A stretch of 64,000 nucleotides of DNA from Eledone cirrhosa (taxonomy: Eukaryota), in contig OZ024740.1 of the NCBI GenBank assembly GCA_964016885.1, positions 249,054,001-249,118,000 on the forward strand, written 5' to 3'. Within the stretch, counting starts at the first letter, position 1. The number at the start of each line of letters is the position of its first letter. This document shows, one piece after another, positions 22,889 to 36,179 of this stretch. A program made the translations under genes and the position numbers. The notes under the pieces are model-generated. The model was given only the letters and a program-made list of their open reading frames with translations. It was not told the DNA's origin and did no database searches.

Positions 22889-23979
22889 GTAAGTAACATT
22901 ATTTTACTACCTTCTTATGTAGTTATTTATTTTTTGTTTTATTTGTTGTTGTTGTATATTTTTATGTCATTGTATCCATGTAAGTTGACAAATTGTTAGA
23001 ATTGTTAGGGCATCAGATAGAATGATTTGCAGTATTTGTTTCTTTGAACTCTTTGTGCTCTCAGTTCAATTCCTGTCAAGACCAACTTTACCTTCGATCC
23101 TTTTGGGGTTGATAAATAAGTGCCAGTCCTCTATAGGGTCAGTTCTTCTCTCTTGCTTTCTTTTGCTCTCTGGAAGAAATCAACTGTGATTAAATCTGAA
23201 GAAGAATCAATGTTGCAAGGTTTAAAATGCCCACTGGCACCTTTATGATCTTAGAAGTTTGGGGATTAGTGATCAGTATCCATGTAACTGTGTGTTATTG
23301 TTGTTGTTGATGGTGGTGGGGTACTCATGTATTGTTCTACTAATAATTTTAAATATGGGTGTTAGAATTTCAGAATTAATGACTGACTGTTTAAATAAAT
23401 TCAGGGTTTCTATTATTATCATTGAGCAGTAGACTAGTGAAATCGGCAGAGCATCGAACAAAGCATCTTGTGCCATTTGTTCCAATCTGATTGCAAATTC
23501 CACTGACCAAAGTCAACTAGGCTTTTCATCCTTCTGCAGTAGATAAAAGAAAGTACTAGTCTAATACTGGGATTAGATTAATCACTTTGTCCCAATTTTC
23601 TGGCTTTGTGCCTATGTTAGAAACCACCACCTCCACCACCACCAATATCACTACCTCTTCCTCCTCCTCTTGCTAGAATGAATTTTGCTTTTTATCTCAC
23701 TCAGAGCCTTAATAAAATGAGCATTGGTAATACACTGAAACCAGTTTTTGCCAGCTTTAATCTCTACCTTAAGAAAATTGGGGCTTTCTGCCAACTTAAG
23801 AAATTATTATCATTATTGGCATCTAGAATGCTGCCAGGAGCTCATGGTACTTTATCAATTTAACAACTCGATAAGTGATCAGAAAACAACACTTGCAGAG
23901 AGGGTTAGTGGAAGGTGTAAGCAACAATGGCCTGCGATTGGCTATGGGCGTTGACAAGGACAATCTGAACAGGCTCTTC

Positions 23980-24690
23980 TTGCTTGATAGTTCTGAATTA
24001 ATAAACTTTGATCTGGAACAATTAAGATGAAGCCTTCACTCTCTACCTTTATCCATGAGCTACATAGTCACTTATAGGTGTGCTTCTGGCCAACATCAGC
24101 TTGTTTGCTTATGGACCACATATTTGCCATGCAGTGGTTTCTGCTCCCACCTTTTTTCTTAGCCATTAATTTTACTTACTTTGCAACAACTGTTGCCACA
24201 GTTCCCTCGATCTGTCTAGTCTAGATATTAATCATAAGATCAGTAGCAAATTTTTTGCTCTCCTTCAAGATCAAATGAAGCTTCTTACTTTTCTCATATT
24301 TTTCAATGAGTTTCAGCATCCAGTTGTTTGTTGCTCCAAGATATTTGGCAGTTGAATTGTGATGGTTTTGTAAGACAGTTCAAACTGGGTCAAACTTCTA
24401 CCTCTTTGAGTTCTGGGTAGTGCATCTTATTACAAGTTAACAACTTATGAATTTTTGTGTCAATTCTCTTTATTTCACCGATATTCCAGTTCAACACATT
24501 GAAGCTATAACTAACAACTAGAACTGCTAAGGAATTTATGGCTAACACCTTGTTATGTGCATTTAGCTCAGATTTCAGAACTGCTTGTACTCTCTTATAA
24601 CATTCGTTCCTTCTTTTTCATGCTTTATAAGTTTGTTCCTGCTCAAGTTCTTTTGTAACTGTTTCAACATGCAGTTCGACTAAATTTGAG
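23980..24690 (-). mobile_element. R4-clade (Dong-like) LINE fragment
   Basis: KNECYKRVQAVLKSELNAHNKVLAINSLAV..VSYSFNVLNWNIGEIKRIDTKI.KLLT and ESEGFILIVPDQSLLIQNYQ. Confidence 0.75.
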
Positions 24691-24694
24691 TTTA

Positions 24695-25825
24695 TCAACT
24701 TCCTTTTCTTGAACACTTGGCACACTTATCAAGCTCAAACTTCTTATTATGAAATTGGCAGATAGTCTGCCAGAACACTTTATTTGCTGATCTGAAGTCA
24801 GATTCCAGCTTACTCTCTAAGTCCTCCCATATCTTAACTTTGGACGCCTTTACTCTCTCTGCTGTGATTTTTTGTGCCTGCTTGTAATGCAAGTGCAAGA
24901 AGCAGGACTTATTTCCAAGCCAAGCTTTGTAAAGTCCTTCTTTGCTCAGATGGTATTTTTGACCCCTTGATTGAACCAAGGGGTCTCCTGCCATGCGGCG
25001 CCACACCAAGCTTATTTTATCCACAGCGTTTTACAACTGAAGCAGAAACTGCTGAGCTGAACAATCTCCACTCTGTCTCAATGTCCTCAGTTTGCTCAGG
25101 GAATTCTCTGAATTTGGATGCAATAGTATCTGCATACCTGACTTCCTTATCCAACAATGTTTCCCACTTTATCGTGTCCATTACCCTGAACTCGTCAGTT
25201 TTGTGGGCTTTAGGTAGTCTCAAGTTACAGATAACTAGATTGTGATCAGTTGACAGCTCAGCTCCTCTCTTAACATGAACATACATCACAGAATCTAAGA
25301 GATCATAGACAATAACAAAATCAATTATTGATCTCTGTCATTGATTCCCCTTATACCATGTAATATTTATGGATGTCTCTGTGCTGGAAGGTGTTCATAA
25401 TAGAGAGTCTATTGCTAGAACAGAAGTCCAGCAAGGCTTCTCCATTCGTATTTAGATTGGGTTCACCATTCCTTCCAATCACTCCTTTCCATGTCAAGTA
25501 GTCAGTGCCAACAAGTGCATTGAAATCTCCCATCAGGATATATGACTCAGTCTTGACTACATTTAACGCTGCAGTGACTTCATCAAGGAAGAACCTGTTC
25601 GGACTCCTTGTTTAGAGTGTTTATCTCAGGAAAGAATCGCTGGAAAGATTTTACAAGAGATCCAGCTCATGGATAGCATTCATGAGCTTGGCTGATCTTG
25701 TTGGGGATCCAGTCAGATCAGTTGGAGATGGTTGCTTCTGACAGGACCCACTGGAAGGAGGAGTGTTTGAGGACTCTTCCCCCACGACCCCCTCAGTAAT
25801 AAGTGGACGAAGAAGAAGAAGAAGT
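24695..25825. mobile_element. Rex3/Expander-like RTE: endonuclease part on - (24695-25590) joined to the 3' end on + (~25620-25825)
   Basis: MGDFNALVG...WKGVIGRNG...VKRGAELSTDHNLVIC...SANKVFWQTI on -. The + piece matches the 3' end at ~8080-8250 and ends in (GAA)n. Confidence 0.7.
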
Positions 25826-26139
25826 TTTAGGTCATCCACATAAGTTAGATGGCATATTTTTCTGTTGACAATTTTCTAATTGTAATTTGTTCTGTTAAGT
25901 TCAATTGTAAGGGGTATTAGAGCTATGCAAAATATTAGAGGTTTGGGATGCTAAGCACGGTCTCTAATTGCTTTATGTCTTTCATCTAAAGCCTTGGGAG
26001 CCCCAACTTCATAGGCAGTGCCCAGATTTCTATCACAAGCACTGTCAGAATTCTGCATGATATATTGAGCCCATGAGATCAGGGAGTGATTTAAGGCTAA
26101 TTAATACTTCACTTAGCAACCACTTGCTATACAAAAAAT

Positions 26140-27185
26140 AAAGTTATTAGTCCTATTTTTATTATGTGTTGCTACTGCATTACCGAGCACAGTTCTGTAC
26201 ACCTTATGTATGTGCAATGTGGATTTTGGTGGTGTTGTTTCTATTGTATTGAGAGTACTTTTCGTAATATGTGTGCAGTACCTAGTAGTGCTATTTTTTG
26301 TAAGCTGTATATATTTGTGTGTGTTTTTTTTTACCATTCCCAGAGTACTTATTATTATAGGAATTGTTTCTGTTTTCATCATTTACATTCGGGTTATTTC
26401 TATCTCTAGATCTCTATATTTGGATAATTTCTCCAATTCTTTAGTAGATATATTGTCTGTGGGGATTGAAGGCATTTTTTTCTTTGTGGCCTTTGACTAT
26501 AATATCCAGATGGTTGGCTTTGATCTCCCTGTTTGTTTGTATCAGTATATCCCAGAGTATGGTTGCTTTGTCATTCCCTGACACCTTTTCTGTTGGTATT
26601 TCATAGTGTTTGCATAACTTACTGTGTATGTAAATCCCAAATCTATCATGTCTATGGATATATTTCTTTTTGGTTAAGACTGGACAGCCAGATATAATGT
26701 GGTTAATTGTTTCTCACCCACCTCCACATATTCTGCACTTACTTACTATGTTCTGCTTCATTATGTACTTCTGGTGTTTTCTGGTGTGTGTGTGTGTGTG
26801 TGTGGGAGGGTGGGGGTGGGGGGATCTTGTGTTGCAACTAGAAATCCTTCCGTCTCGGCTTTTAGTCCAGTACTTTGTTGCCAGTTTTATGTATTTGGCT
26901 TGTCTACATCCTTTTCAGGTATTGCCCATGTAAGGGTTTTTCTTGCCATCATTTTAACATGGCAGTCTGGAGGTTTGTTTTCATTTTCCTCACAGTTATC
27001 TGTTAATCTGATTTCTGCTTTGAATTTGTTGGCCTCTTTGAAGACCGAGAACAGTTTTTTTTGTTTTGTAGCTATTTCTATTAACTTTCATTTGTTCTTT
27101 ATTAGATAATTGTGTTGTCCAACTAGTTAGTTTACTAGTTGCATAGAGCCCCCTTTTCCGTGTGTTCGTGGTTGGTATAATCTTT
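26140..27185 (-). mobile_element. R4-clade LINE, 3' part (CCHC plus restriction-like endonuclease)
   Basis: CRICGGG*ETINHIISGCPVL..KEYIHRHD, KELEKLSKYRDLEIEITRM, TETIPIIISTLGMVKK, KIALLGTAHI.RKVL. Confidence 0.82.
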
Positions 27186-27239
27186 CTTCTTCTTCTTTTG
27201 CTCCTCCTCCTCCTTCTTTTTCTTCTCCCAGAACTGTGA

Positions 27240-28590
27240 TCTCTCAGTTCAGAGAAGTAGTGGCTTTACCTGGAGCAACTCTATGATCTTCGAGCTACGC
27301 ACTCTATCGAGTAACATTACTCCGAAGACCCTTTGGAGGAACCCCATTTTGGCCGCTTGTATTCGCGATCATTTTCTTCTACTCAAGATTTATGGCCATA
27401 GGTAAAGGTTGGCACGAATACTGAATTGAAGAAAGTGAGTTTGGCTTTTACACCTACCTCTCTTCTGATTACTGAATGCTGAAGTCAGCGCATTACTGTA
27501 CCAGCTCCTGCACTTAATTCAGCCTCCTTCCTTCCATCACTCGTGAACACAGCCCCTATATTCTTGAACATCTCTACCTGCTTCAGTGAAACTCCATTGA
27601 CATGTAGAGTGCATTGTGCAGGCTTCCTTTAGTGGACGAATGTCTGTTTTCACAGCTCTGATTTTCATTCCAGCCATGCAGATCTCGGCATCAAACCTAT
27701 CAAATGCAAGTCAGAGATCACATTCTCTTGAGTTAATACCATGTCATCTGCAAATCCAGCCAACTGATTTTGCACCCACCAGTCATGATATCACTTCCAA
27801 CCTGGCTCTGCATGTCAATTCTGTTCATGTAAATAATGAACAGGAGAGGTGACAGTACGTACCCTTGGTGGAGTCCGACTCCCACATTGAATGGTTTGGA
27901 TTTAGCACCATTTATCCAAACACAAATACTCGGGCATTCGTATCGAGACATCAGGGCAGCGGTACCATACTTCTGCAGAACCTTCCACAGTAGGTCCCGA
28001 GGAATGCGGTCATTTGCCTTTTCAAGGCCGTCAAAACAAGAATATACTTCTTAGCAATATTCCCACGATTTCTCGAAGACCTGCTGCAGTGTGAATATTT
28101 GGTCCTCTGTGCTGCCTCTGGTGTTAAAACCACACTGTTCATCAGCTAGCTTGAACTCTTCAATCTTCCTGCATCTCTTTGCCAGACATTTAGCATAGAC
28201 TTTGCCTAGGAGGCTTAACAAGGAGATCACTCCGTAATTAGAACAATCTCTCTGGTTTCCCTTTTTGAAAATTAGAATTATCACTCCTGATTGCCATTGC
28301 TTAGATGCCTTTCCAGAGATCCAGGCCACCTGGCACACACAAGTCAGCTTGTGAATACCTTCTCTATTTAAGGCTTTTAACATCTCTGGCCAGATTTCAT
28401 CTTCCCCAGGGCCTTGCCACATTTGAGCTCTTTAACCTTAGCCTATAAGAGATTAGTCATCACTCCCAAGGATGCACCTCTTTGAAGAGAGGAGAACACC
28501 AGACATATTCTTGACAGCAGGTGTGGAGGAGGGCTTCTTATTACGAAGTTGGCAGATGGTCTGCCAGAATGCTTTATTTGCTGATCTTAG
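27240..28590 (-). mobile_element. Rex3/Expander-like RTE LINE, RT region
   Basis: PGEDEIWPEMLKAL...WQSGVIILIFKKGNQRDCSNY..ISLLSLLGKVY...EQCGF...STEDQIFTL and VGLHQGYVLSPLLFIIYMNRI. Confidence 0.88.
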
Positions 28591-28599
28591 TTCAATCAA

Positions 28600-28872
28600 G
28601 AGCTAAAAAATGCCATCCGAACAATTGGAAGCCTCTGTTTCCATGACATTAAACGACTGAGAGTACAATACTCCTCCCTGTACAGAACGCCAGTCCATCG
28701 CAGGGTTAAACTCCCAGCTATTGCTGTTATTCATTTTCAGTTGAGTATGCTGGAGCAACCTGAAATGAAGTGTTTTGCCCAAGAACACAACACACAACCC
28801 AGTTCAGGAATTGAACCCACAACATTATGGTCATAAGTCCAACACCCTTACCACCAGGCTATACACTTTCAT
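28600..28872 (-). mobile_element. second tRNA-derived SINE family (CORE-like centre)
   Basis: TAGCCTGGTGG...GGTTCAATTCC, then GTGTTCTTGGGCAAAACACTT and AACCCTGCGATGGACTGGCG. Related copies at ~59372-59600 (+) and ~63480-63745 (+). Confidence 0.7.
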
Positions 28873-28899
28873 AGATACAGTAAAGGCATCCAAGTTTAA

Positions 28900-31800
28900 G
28901 ACATGGGAAGACTTTGGGGTTAAGCTGGATTCTGACTCCAGATCAGAAAATTAAGTGTGTTCTGGCAGACCATCTGCTGACTTCGTAATAAGAAAGGGTG
29001 TCCAGTTCAGAATATTAAAACTGTAGCTTACTTACCCATCTTGTGCACGTCTTGGTGCCTCGGGCAGGGGTCGATAGACTAACATCTGTTGCAACTCCTG
29101 ACCACTTTCTAGACATTCTGTCTGGTAATGTCGGAGTTGACTTTCCTGGCTAGGAGCAGGGTCCTATCCACTCCCATATGATGCATAGTATACAACCACC
29201 TCAACTCCGAGTCACTCAGCCGACACACAACAGCTATCCCCTTTTCTGAATCCTCAGGGGCTTCCTGTGAGGCTTTCATCACCCTGTTTAGGATGTCCAC
29301 CTTATTTCTTTCTGAGGGTAAAAAGATCACACTCAATTTCAGGCCAAACTCAGCAGCCAGCTCTCCTAGATTTCCCAGGTGGCACTTTATTAGCATCTCT
29401 GCCGCCCTGTTTGTTCACTGGTAAGCACTGATCTCACTCATCCAAGTACAGTAGCCAAATCAGTATGAATTTCTATAGTGTGCAGCCCCCATCTCAGAGT
29501 GAAATTCACTCCCTTCAAAGTCGCCATCCAATTTGGCCACTTTGATGTGGTTGCAGTCCTTCTTTCTAAGCCAGGCTGGGTCCTTGTCCTTGATATCCCT
29601 TATTTACAAAATGACTCCTAGCTTTATGTTCCTGGTGTCACACTATATGGTCTGGTTCTCCAATTTGGATACATACCAGCTTCCTCTTACTGGGTTCTCT
29701 GCTTTTACCCACTCTGATCTCCTGCATCATGGTCACCATCTTCTCTCCTACCCTGTCTCCCCAGCTTTCCCCGCATAGCTGCATGCTGTTCGGAGCCACC
29801 CTGCAATTGGATAGTGGTCCACCAATATCCCACACATTGAGAAAAGTTTTCATCTATCCATGCCGGTGCCCAGATCTGGGACTTCATTTCCCCTCTGAAA
29901 TATCAATGTGCCTGTCTTATCTCTTCGCAGCCCGAGTTTCAGGGCAGCTCCTCCTTCCATCTGCAGTTTTGCAGTTAACCCGACCCTTTTTAGGTGGCTT
30001 GAGACCTCTGTTGCCGATACCACAGTCTCATCTATCAAGATATCGTCAATGTAGGAATTGGTGGCCATCTTCATTTTTCCCAGAATGGCCTTGATCTTTG
30101 GTGCCAAATTCAACCCGAACCCCAGCCTGTAACCAGCTGATACTGCCAGTTTCTCAGCTACATGTAGCTGCAGATATGCCAACTTTGAATCAACAATTTG
30201 TCTCCACTCTCACAAGATTTCTCTACAGACATCTGTAACCTTGCTGCCTGTGTAGCATGACACGTGTTAATTCAGTTCATGAAAGTTCAGCACCAGCCTG
30301 ACCGTGTTCTTTATTGGCTGCACTACTGCCCTGTTCTTTATCTCCTCTTTCAAGGGATTAATATGCCTTCCTCGATCTGTCTTTGCACTTCACACTCCTA
30401 GTATCCCCTTTCAGGGTATGCTGATAGCAGCTCACTCTGTTCTTCAATGTCAGAGGCTCTCCTTTCCAGTACCACTTAACTATCCTCTGCTGACCTTCAC
30501 ACACAGCCCATAAATCCTTATCTTGAATGATTTGAACAGCATATTTTTCTTTATTGGCTCTCCCTGTTCCTCTGTTGCACACTCACAGCGCATAGTATTC
30601 CCATGCTACCCCATACTCACTCACTGTAACGCCCACTAAGTGGCCAATCGCATCCATTCCTACTACTACATCAATTCCATCCACCACATGGTTGATCACG
30701 ATCAGTTGCAGCTTTATTTTTATTCCTTGTACCACTATCTCCACCTCACTGCTACTTCTGCATCTAATCTCTCTGCCATCGACTGCTCTTATACTACTCA
30801 TCCTGCTCCACTTTTAAACCACTTTAGAGGTCACTAAGGTTGTTGTGTAGCTTGTGTCCACAAGGGCTCTTGACAGCTCCTCCCCCAACCTACCCTATGG
30901 GCAGCAACTGCAGGAGTGTCTCTACTTGCTTCCATGGGTAGCTACCAACACTGTAACTTCCCTTTGACTGTTTCTCTGATTGCAGTTGTTGGCAATGTTG
31001 CCTGGCCGTTTACATCGGTAGCATATCATTTTAGGCTTCAGCTTCTTGTAGTCCCTTGCCCTGTGTGGACCCTGACACCTAAAGCACTAATCGACTTTTC
31101 ATGGGGGCTCTTCTCTTGTTCGTTGTCGAATGCTATAGGCTTCTGACGCTGCTAATGCCACAACATTCCACTCTACACCTCGTGTTACCATGCAGGCCTG
31201 TGTGATCAGCTCACTCAATAACATTTTGTTGTTGCCAGACAGTTGGATCCTCACCGAAATTTCATCAAGGAAACCATTCATGAATGTCAGCCACACATTC
31301 CTTTCTGAGTTTTCTCCTGCAAATTTAGCTAGTGTAGCCAACCTCTGGAAACACGTCCACCTGCTCTCCTATCCACCTTACTTTTCCTAGTTTGGTGAAA
31401 GCAGCATACGATCCCTCAGTGAATGCCTCCTTGAGGTGCTGCTCAATCTTCTCTACATTCAGTTGGTCTGCTTGGTCCATTTCGAGGTACAATGTCAGTG
31501 TGTTACCCATTAAGGTGCAGCACCAAGAGGCTTTCCACATTTTCGTTCCCTTGTAATGCAGTGACCAATTTTATCTTCCTAATCCAGGCAATAACATCTC
31601 TCTCACTGCTGAAGGCTTTAATTGCATTACTACTGATTCTTATCTTTGTCGCCATATCTTCTGTTAGTTAGAGAAAATAAATAAAAAAAAAAAAGCGCTG
31701 TCAAAATAGCTTGTCATCAGAAACGAAGTGACCTACCTTTGCATCTCCACTCATGTCCTGATTGAATCTCCCTGTGCGATGTTCACCTGTTTTGTGTCTG

Positions 31801-32008
31801 ATCAGAGAACATAGCAAAACTCGCACTCATTTACACTAGTCATCACAAATAATCCACACTTGGCTGTAGCACATGGACCAAGAGAGAGACCGAACCTGCA
31901 CTTCCAATGTGACGTTACTGGCTCCTCACTTCTGGCAAGGCTTCCCCTGCACTTCCAGCTCCCTAACCCCATATAGACCTATTGGTGTACCCACTTTCTT
32001 TCATAACA
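28900..32008 (-). mobile_element. Ty3/Gypsy LTR retrotransposon, decayed and 3'-truncated
   Basis: LTR TGTTATG...CTAACA (32008-31662) and gag ATG at 31655. LYLEMDQADQL...KEAFTEG..AAF, protease-like ALVDTS, RT AYLQLHV...RLGFGLNLAPKI...NSYIDDIL, integrase zinc finger HHMGVDRTL...CNRC.SIDP. Confidence 0.85.
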
Positions 32009-33179
32009 GCAGTGGCTGTTGCATATATTATATTATTTAGCTTTGTGGTAGTAATGTTTTTATTCGTGCTTATTAAGTTTATCATTTTTTGCGTTTTTTA
32101 ATAATTTTTGTTATTTTATTATTACTTTTTATCTTTGGGAGGTGTATTCTTTGTTCCATAAGGAGGTCTTCTATTGTTTGGAGTTCCTGGATTATTTCTA
32201 GATTTATCCTGTTGTGGTCTTTCTCTTTATAATTCTTTTCATTTGTATTTTTGCTTGTGTCGTCCTGAATCTGTACGTCTTTTGGTGTTGCGTTTATTGT
32301 TTTGTTTACTTTATCTGGTTTGAGTATGTTGGTATTTTTTTTTCATGTTTTAAATTCTCAATATATTTACGTTAGTTGTTTTGTTTTTGTTATTTATGTT
32401 TTCATTGTGTATTTGTTCTTTTAGGTGCTCTATTTCCATGTCTGATTTTTTTTTTGTTTTTAATATGTATCTCCTTAAATTTTCTAGTTTGTTGGGGTCA
32501 AATTTTAAATTAGAGTGTGTGTTATATTTTTCCAAAAATTTTATAAGTGTGTTGTGTTTTCATTTTTAGGGTGTAGTACTGCTGTAAAATGTGTGTAGAA
32601 TCGAAGCATATTCTTTATGTGCCCATTTGTGTCTTTTTGATTTTATTGGGGGCACTTGAGGAGTAAAGCCCAGCCCATCATTTAGAATGTTATCATTTTT
32701 GTTGTATATTTGTCTTTGTTCTTCTAAATTGTGTGTTTATGCACACATCAGCCTTCATACAATTTTTTTCTTCAAAGAACAAACATTCGTATATCTATAT
32801 GATCTCTTTGTATACATATTTCACTACATTTACAATATAAGCACCTGTTATACAATCAGTAACTTTTATGTTACTTACATGTGTCAGTATTCCTTTTTCT
32901 GATGTTTGATTGTTTTTTCCTTCCTTTCGTTTTTGTTTTGGTTGAAAACTCCTCGTGTTGTGGTTGTTTTAAAACTTGTTGCATTTTTGCACATGGTTCA
33001 AGTGTTAACAAAGATGTTTATATGATAGGGACAGTCCATAAATAAGATATATTTTTGGTAGGGTTTCTTGGTTCTTCTTTGTTTTCTGGCTATATTTACT
33101 ATTGTTTCATTGATGGTGTCTGATTTATTTCACATCTTGTGGGAGTTTCATTGTCGGCATCCGTGATGTTGTTCAGGCT

Positions 33180-36178
33180 AATTATTATTTTTTAAACTTA
33201 ATAAAAGTTCAGTTAAGTCATTCTGCTTCGTGCAGATACAGTGTTTTATGTTAAAAGACACTCCTATTGCAATTGTCTGCCAGCAGACTTTTATTTATTT
33301 TCATTGTCAAACTCAAACATGGAGATATCACAGAAGAACAGTGACAAGAATGACAACACCAACAGCAACAAAGAAATGGAAAACAGCAGAAGCAATGGCA
33401 ACAGTGACAACAGCAGCAAAACAAATCACACCACCAGCTCCAACAACAATGACATCACTAACAACAATAGCCACAGTGAAAAGAAAAATACCAGCAAACA
33501 TAACGTTAACAACGCCAGTAGCAACGTGAACAACAATAACAACAACAAGATTTATTTTGCAGCCACATCTGAAAAAGCACAAACTCTGTACACAATGGAC
33601 ATTTCTGATAAGAAAGCTCATTTAGTTCAGGCAGCTAAAATCATAGCTAGAGAAAATAACCTGGGCCAACCTAAACGTTCCAGCAGAGGTGTTGGCAGTG
33701 ACAGAAAGAACGCACAAATACAGATGCATTGGAGTGTACTCTTGCAAAGCAGGGGCAGCATTAAAGAGCATCTGAAAGGATATTGAGCATATAACAAGAA
33801 CCAAGGAAGTTGGGAGCATCTTGGTGCTTTTTAAAACTGAGGCCCTTACTATCAAGCATTCGGTGGTTTCCTGCATGTTGGACCAACATGTTGGAATCCA
33901 CTTATCTGCAAGCCTTTTGTCCTCAGCTAAAAGTTGTAAGAGGCTGCAGAACCCCATTGTTGCCAACACCAGTGTCTTAGAAAAACACAGCACTAACAAC
34001 TCCATCACTGGCAACTAGAACCAAATCAACAAGACTTGCATCAGCAGCAGCTAAACCACTGCCAACAACAACAAATACAAACTCATATTCCACCACCCAA
34101 GGAGAAGGTGACAAAAGGTGACAGAAGGTGACAAAAGCTCTCCCACTCCCTTCCCCAAACAACAAATCAAATACACACATAAACATCCACACAAACACAA
34201 ACACATCCACCAACATCTGAAACAGACACAAAGACCCCATCTTCTCATAGCGAAAATGAGGGACAACTACAAAGAACCAAGAAACTAAAATGCAAACACA
34301 AGAAAAAGGAAAAAAACCTCTAACATCACACATACACAACAGAAAATACAGACACATCCACAACAACACCAGCACCAGCAAATAAAAGAAAACTTGCACA
34401 ACCACGACTACCAAGTCTCCCAGTTTGGATTGTCTGTTCAACAAGTTTTATGTAGATATGCCAGGCTTGTTCTCCGATCTCATCGAAGCTGTCTACTACA
34501 ATTAGAAGCAGTACAGGAGTATTCCCAGTTCTGTGAGTTGGGGCATAGTAACAGTACTGAGGAAAGATAAGAACAAGAATACTTTAGACAATTTCAGGCC
34601 CATAACTCTGTTAAACACAGAGTTTAAGATTTTGGCCAAGGTGTTAGCGAAGAGCTTGGCACTTGTTGTCGAGGGAGTAAACCTGGCTTTGGTGGGGCTA
34701 TATAGATCAATCTTTCAATAGGGTCGACCATTGATACATGAAGGCTGTTCTCAAGGCAGCTGGCTTCGGTCCCATCATCAGAGGCAGGATTGCTGCAATG
34801 CACAGCAGCATCTGCTCGGTGGTCAAAGTAAAAGGCCACCTTTTGGAACCATTTCAGATTGCATGATCATCCCTTCTATATGTATTGACTCTCAAGCTTT
34901 TACTGTGGAAACTGAAGCTGTTGCAGGGGATCCCTTTCGAACCAGGATGTGGAATAGCTGCATTACCATGATGGTGTCGAACACCTTGGAAATCGAAGTG
35001 GTTGGCTCCTTCTTAGAAAAATATGAAAAGTTGTTGAGAGCAAAACTGAACCCGGAAAAGTTAGTCGGTTTGCAGCTCAGCATCTGGAGAGGCAAATCCA
35101 TGCCGATCAACAGCATCATTGGATACTGGACAGACAGACAAGTGAAGTACTGGGACGAGATAATGAGCAGGATGACCACTCTTATGCAAAAATAGGCTGA
35201 GAGGAAGCTATCCCTGAAAGGTTGGGCAGAGGTGGCAAACATGTACATCGCATCTGTCATCTATTACTACCTGACCATTGTGCCTTCCCTCCTCTTGCAC
35301 CTCACCAAATTGGAATATCTGCTTTTCAACTTCTTGAGGAGCTCCATCTGCTGCCAGAACCTTCTAAACAGAGGACTGGGCATGCTGTGGCTGATGATGT
35401 GCAAACATGCATTAAGGCTATGGCATCTTCAAATATTCTGAAATGGTGAACAGGTGTTTGTGAGACAGGTGTCTTTTTGACTCAACTGCAGTCCTGGATC
35501 AATAAGACTGAGACTGGATGCCAGGCATCTGAAATGTTGCCAGGCGCTCACTGCTCTCTGCCAGTTGGGCATTATGGTCAGTGGAACTTCCTCTCTAGAG
35601 TTCTATTGAGGATTAATGGTGGGCAAGCGTGACGGCACTCTTGGAGAAGCTCTGGGCATCCATGAAATTGAACTGACTTGTCTGTTTAGGAGGACCTTTG
35701 AGCCAGGGAATATGGATAACTTCCAGGAATCCCTCGCTTGGCAGTGCTAGCAGGGTACATTACTGACAGACACTTTCATCTTTGGCCAATCCGTCATCAA
35801 CTTTTTCAAGTTTCACTTGGAAAGGAAAGTGAGGGTAGAGGGGGAAGTCCCCCTCCCCCACTAAATTTGTTAAAAGGTGGGTGAATGTTGCGAAGATGGC
35901 CTGTGTGAATAGCCCTACTCTGAGCATGCGCCTATAGGCTGGCTGATTTGGAGAGGGGCATCTTCCTAGGGTATTCTTGGAGCATCCTAAGTGACCCCTA
36001 GGTGGCCCTTCCTCCTATTGTAGAATGTTCATTGTTATAAATTTTGTTGTTCATTGTTATCTGTTATTTATATATTTTACTTGATTTCAATGTAAACCTC
36101 CACTTCCACTGTTCTTTGTATTGTTCATCTTTTGTTGGCCCTTGTAGCAAATAAAAAGAACTCATCATTATTATTATT
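33180..36178 (+). mobile_element. Tx1-clade (L1 group) LINE copy A, decayed
   Basis: Asn/Thr-rich ORF1 remnant, RT LDNFRPITLLNTEFKILAKVLAK, 3' end GCCCTTGTAGCAAATAAAAAG..(ATT)n. Confidence 0.82.
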
Positions 36179-36179
36179 C

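Noticed and set aside
32030-33180. T-rich segment with a Lys/Asn-rich minus-strand ORF, perhaps a LINE ORF1 remnant
   Set aside because: No diagnostic motif recognised.
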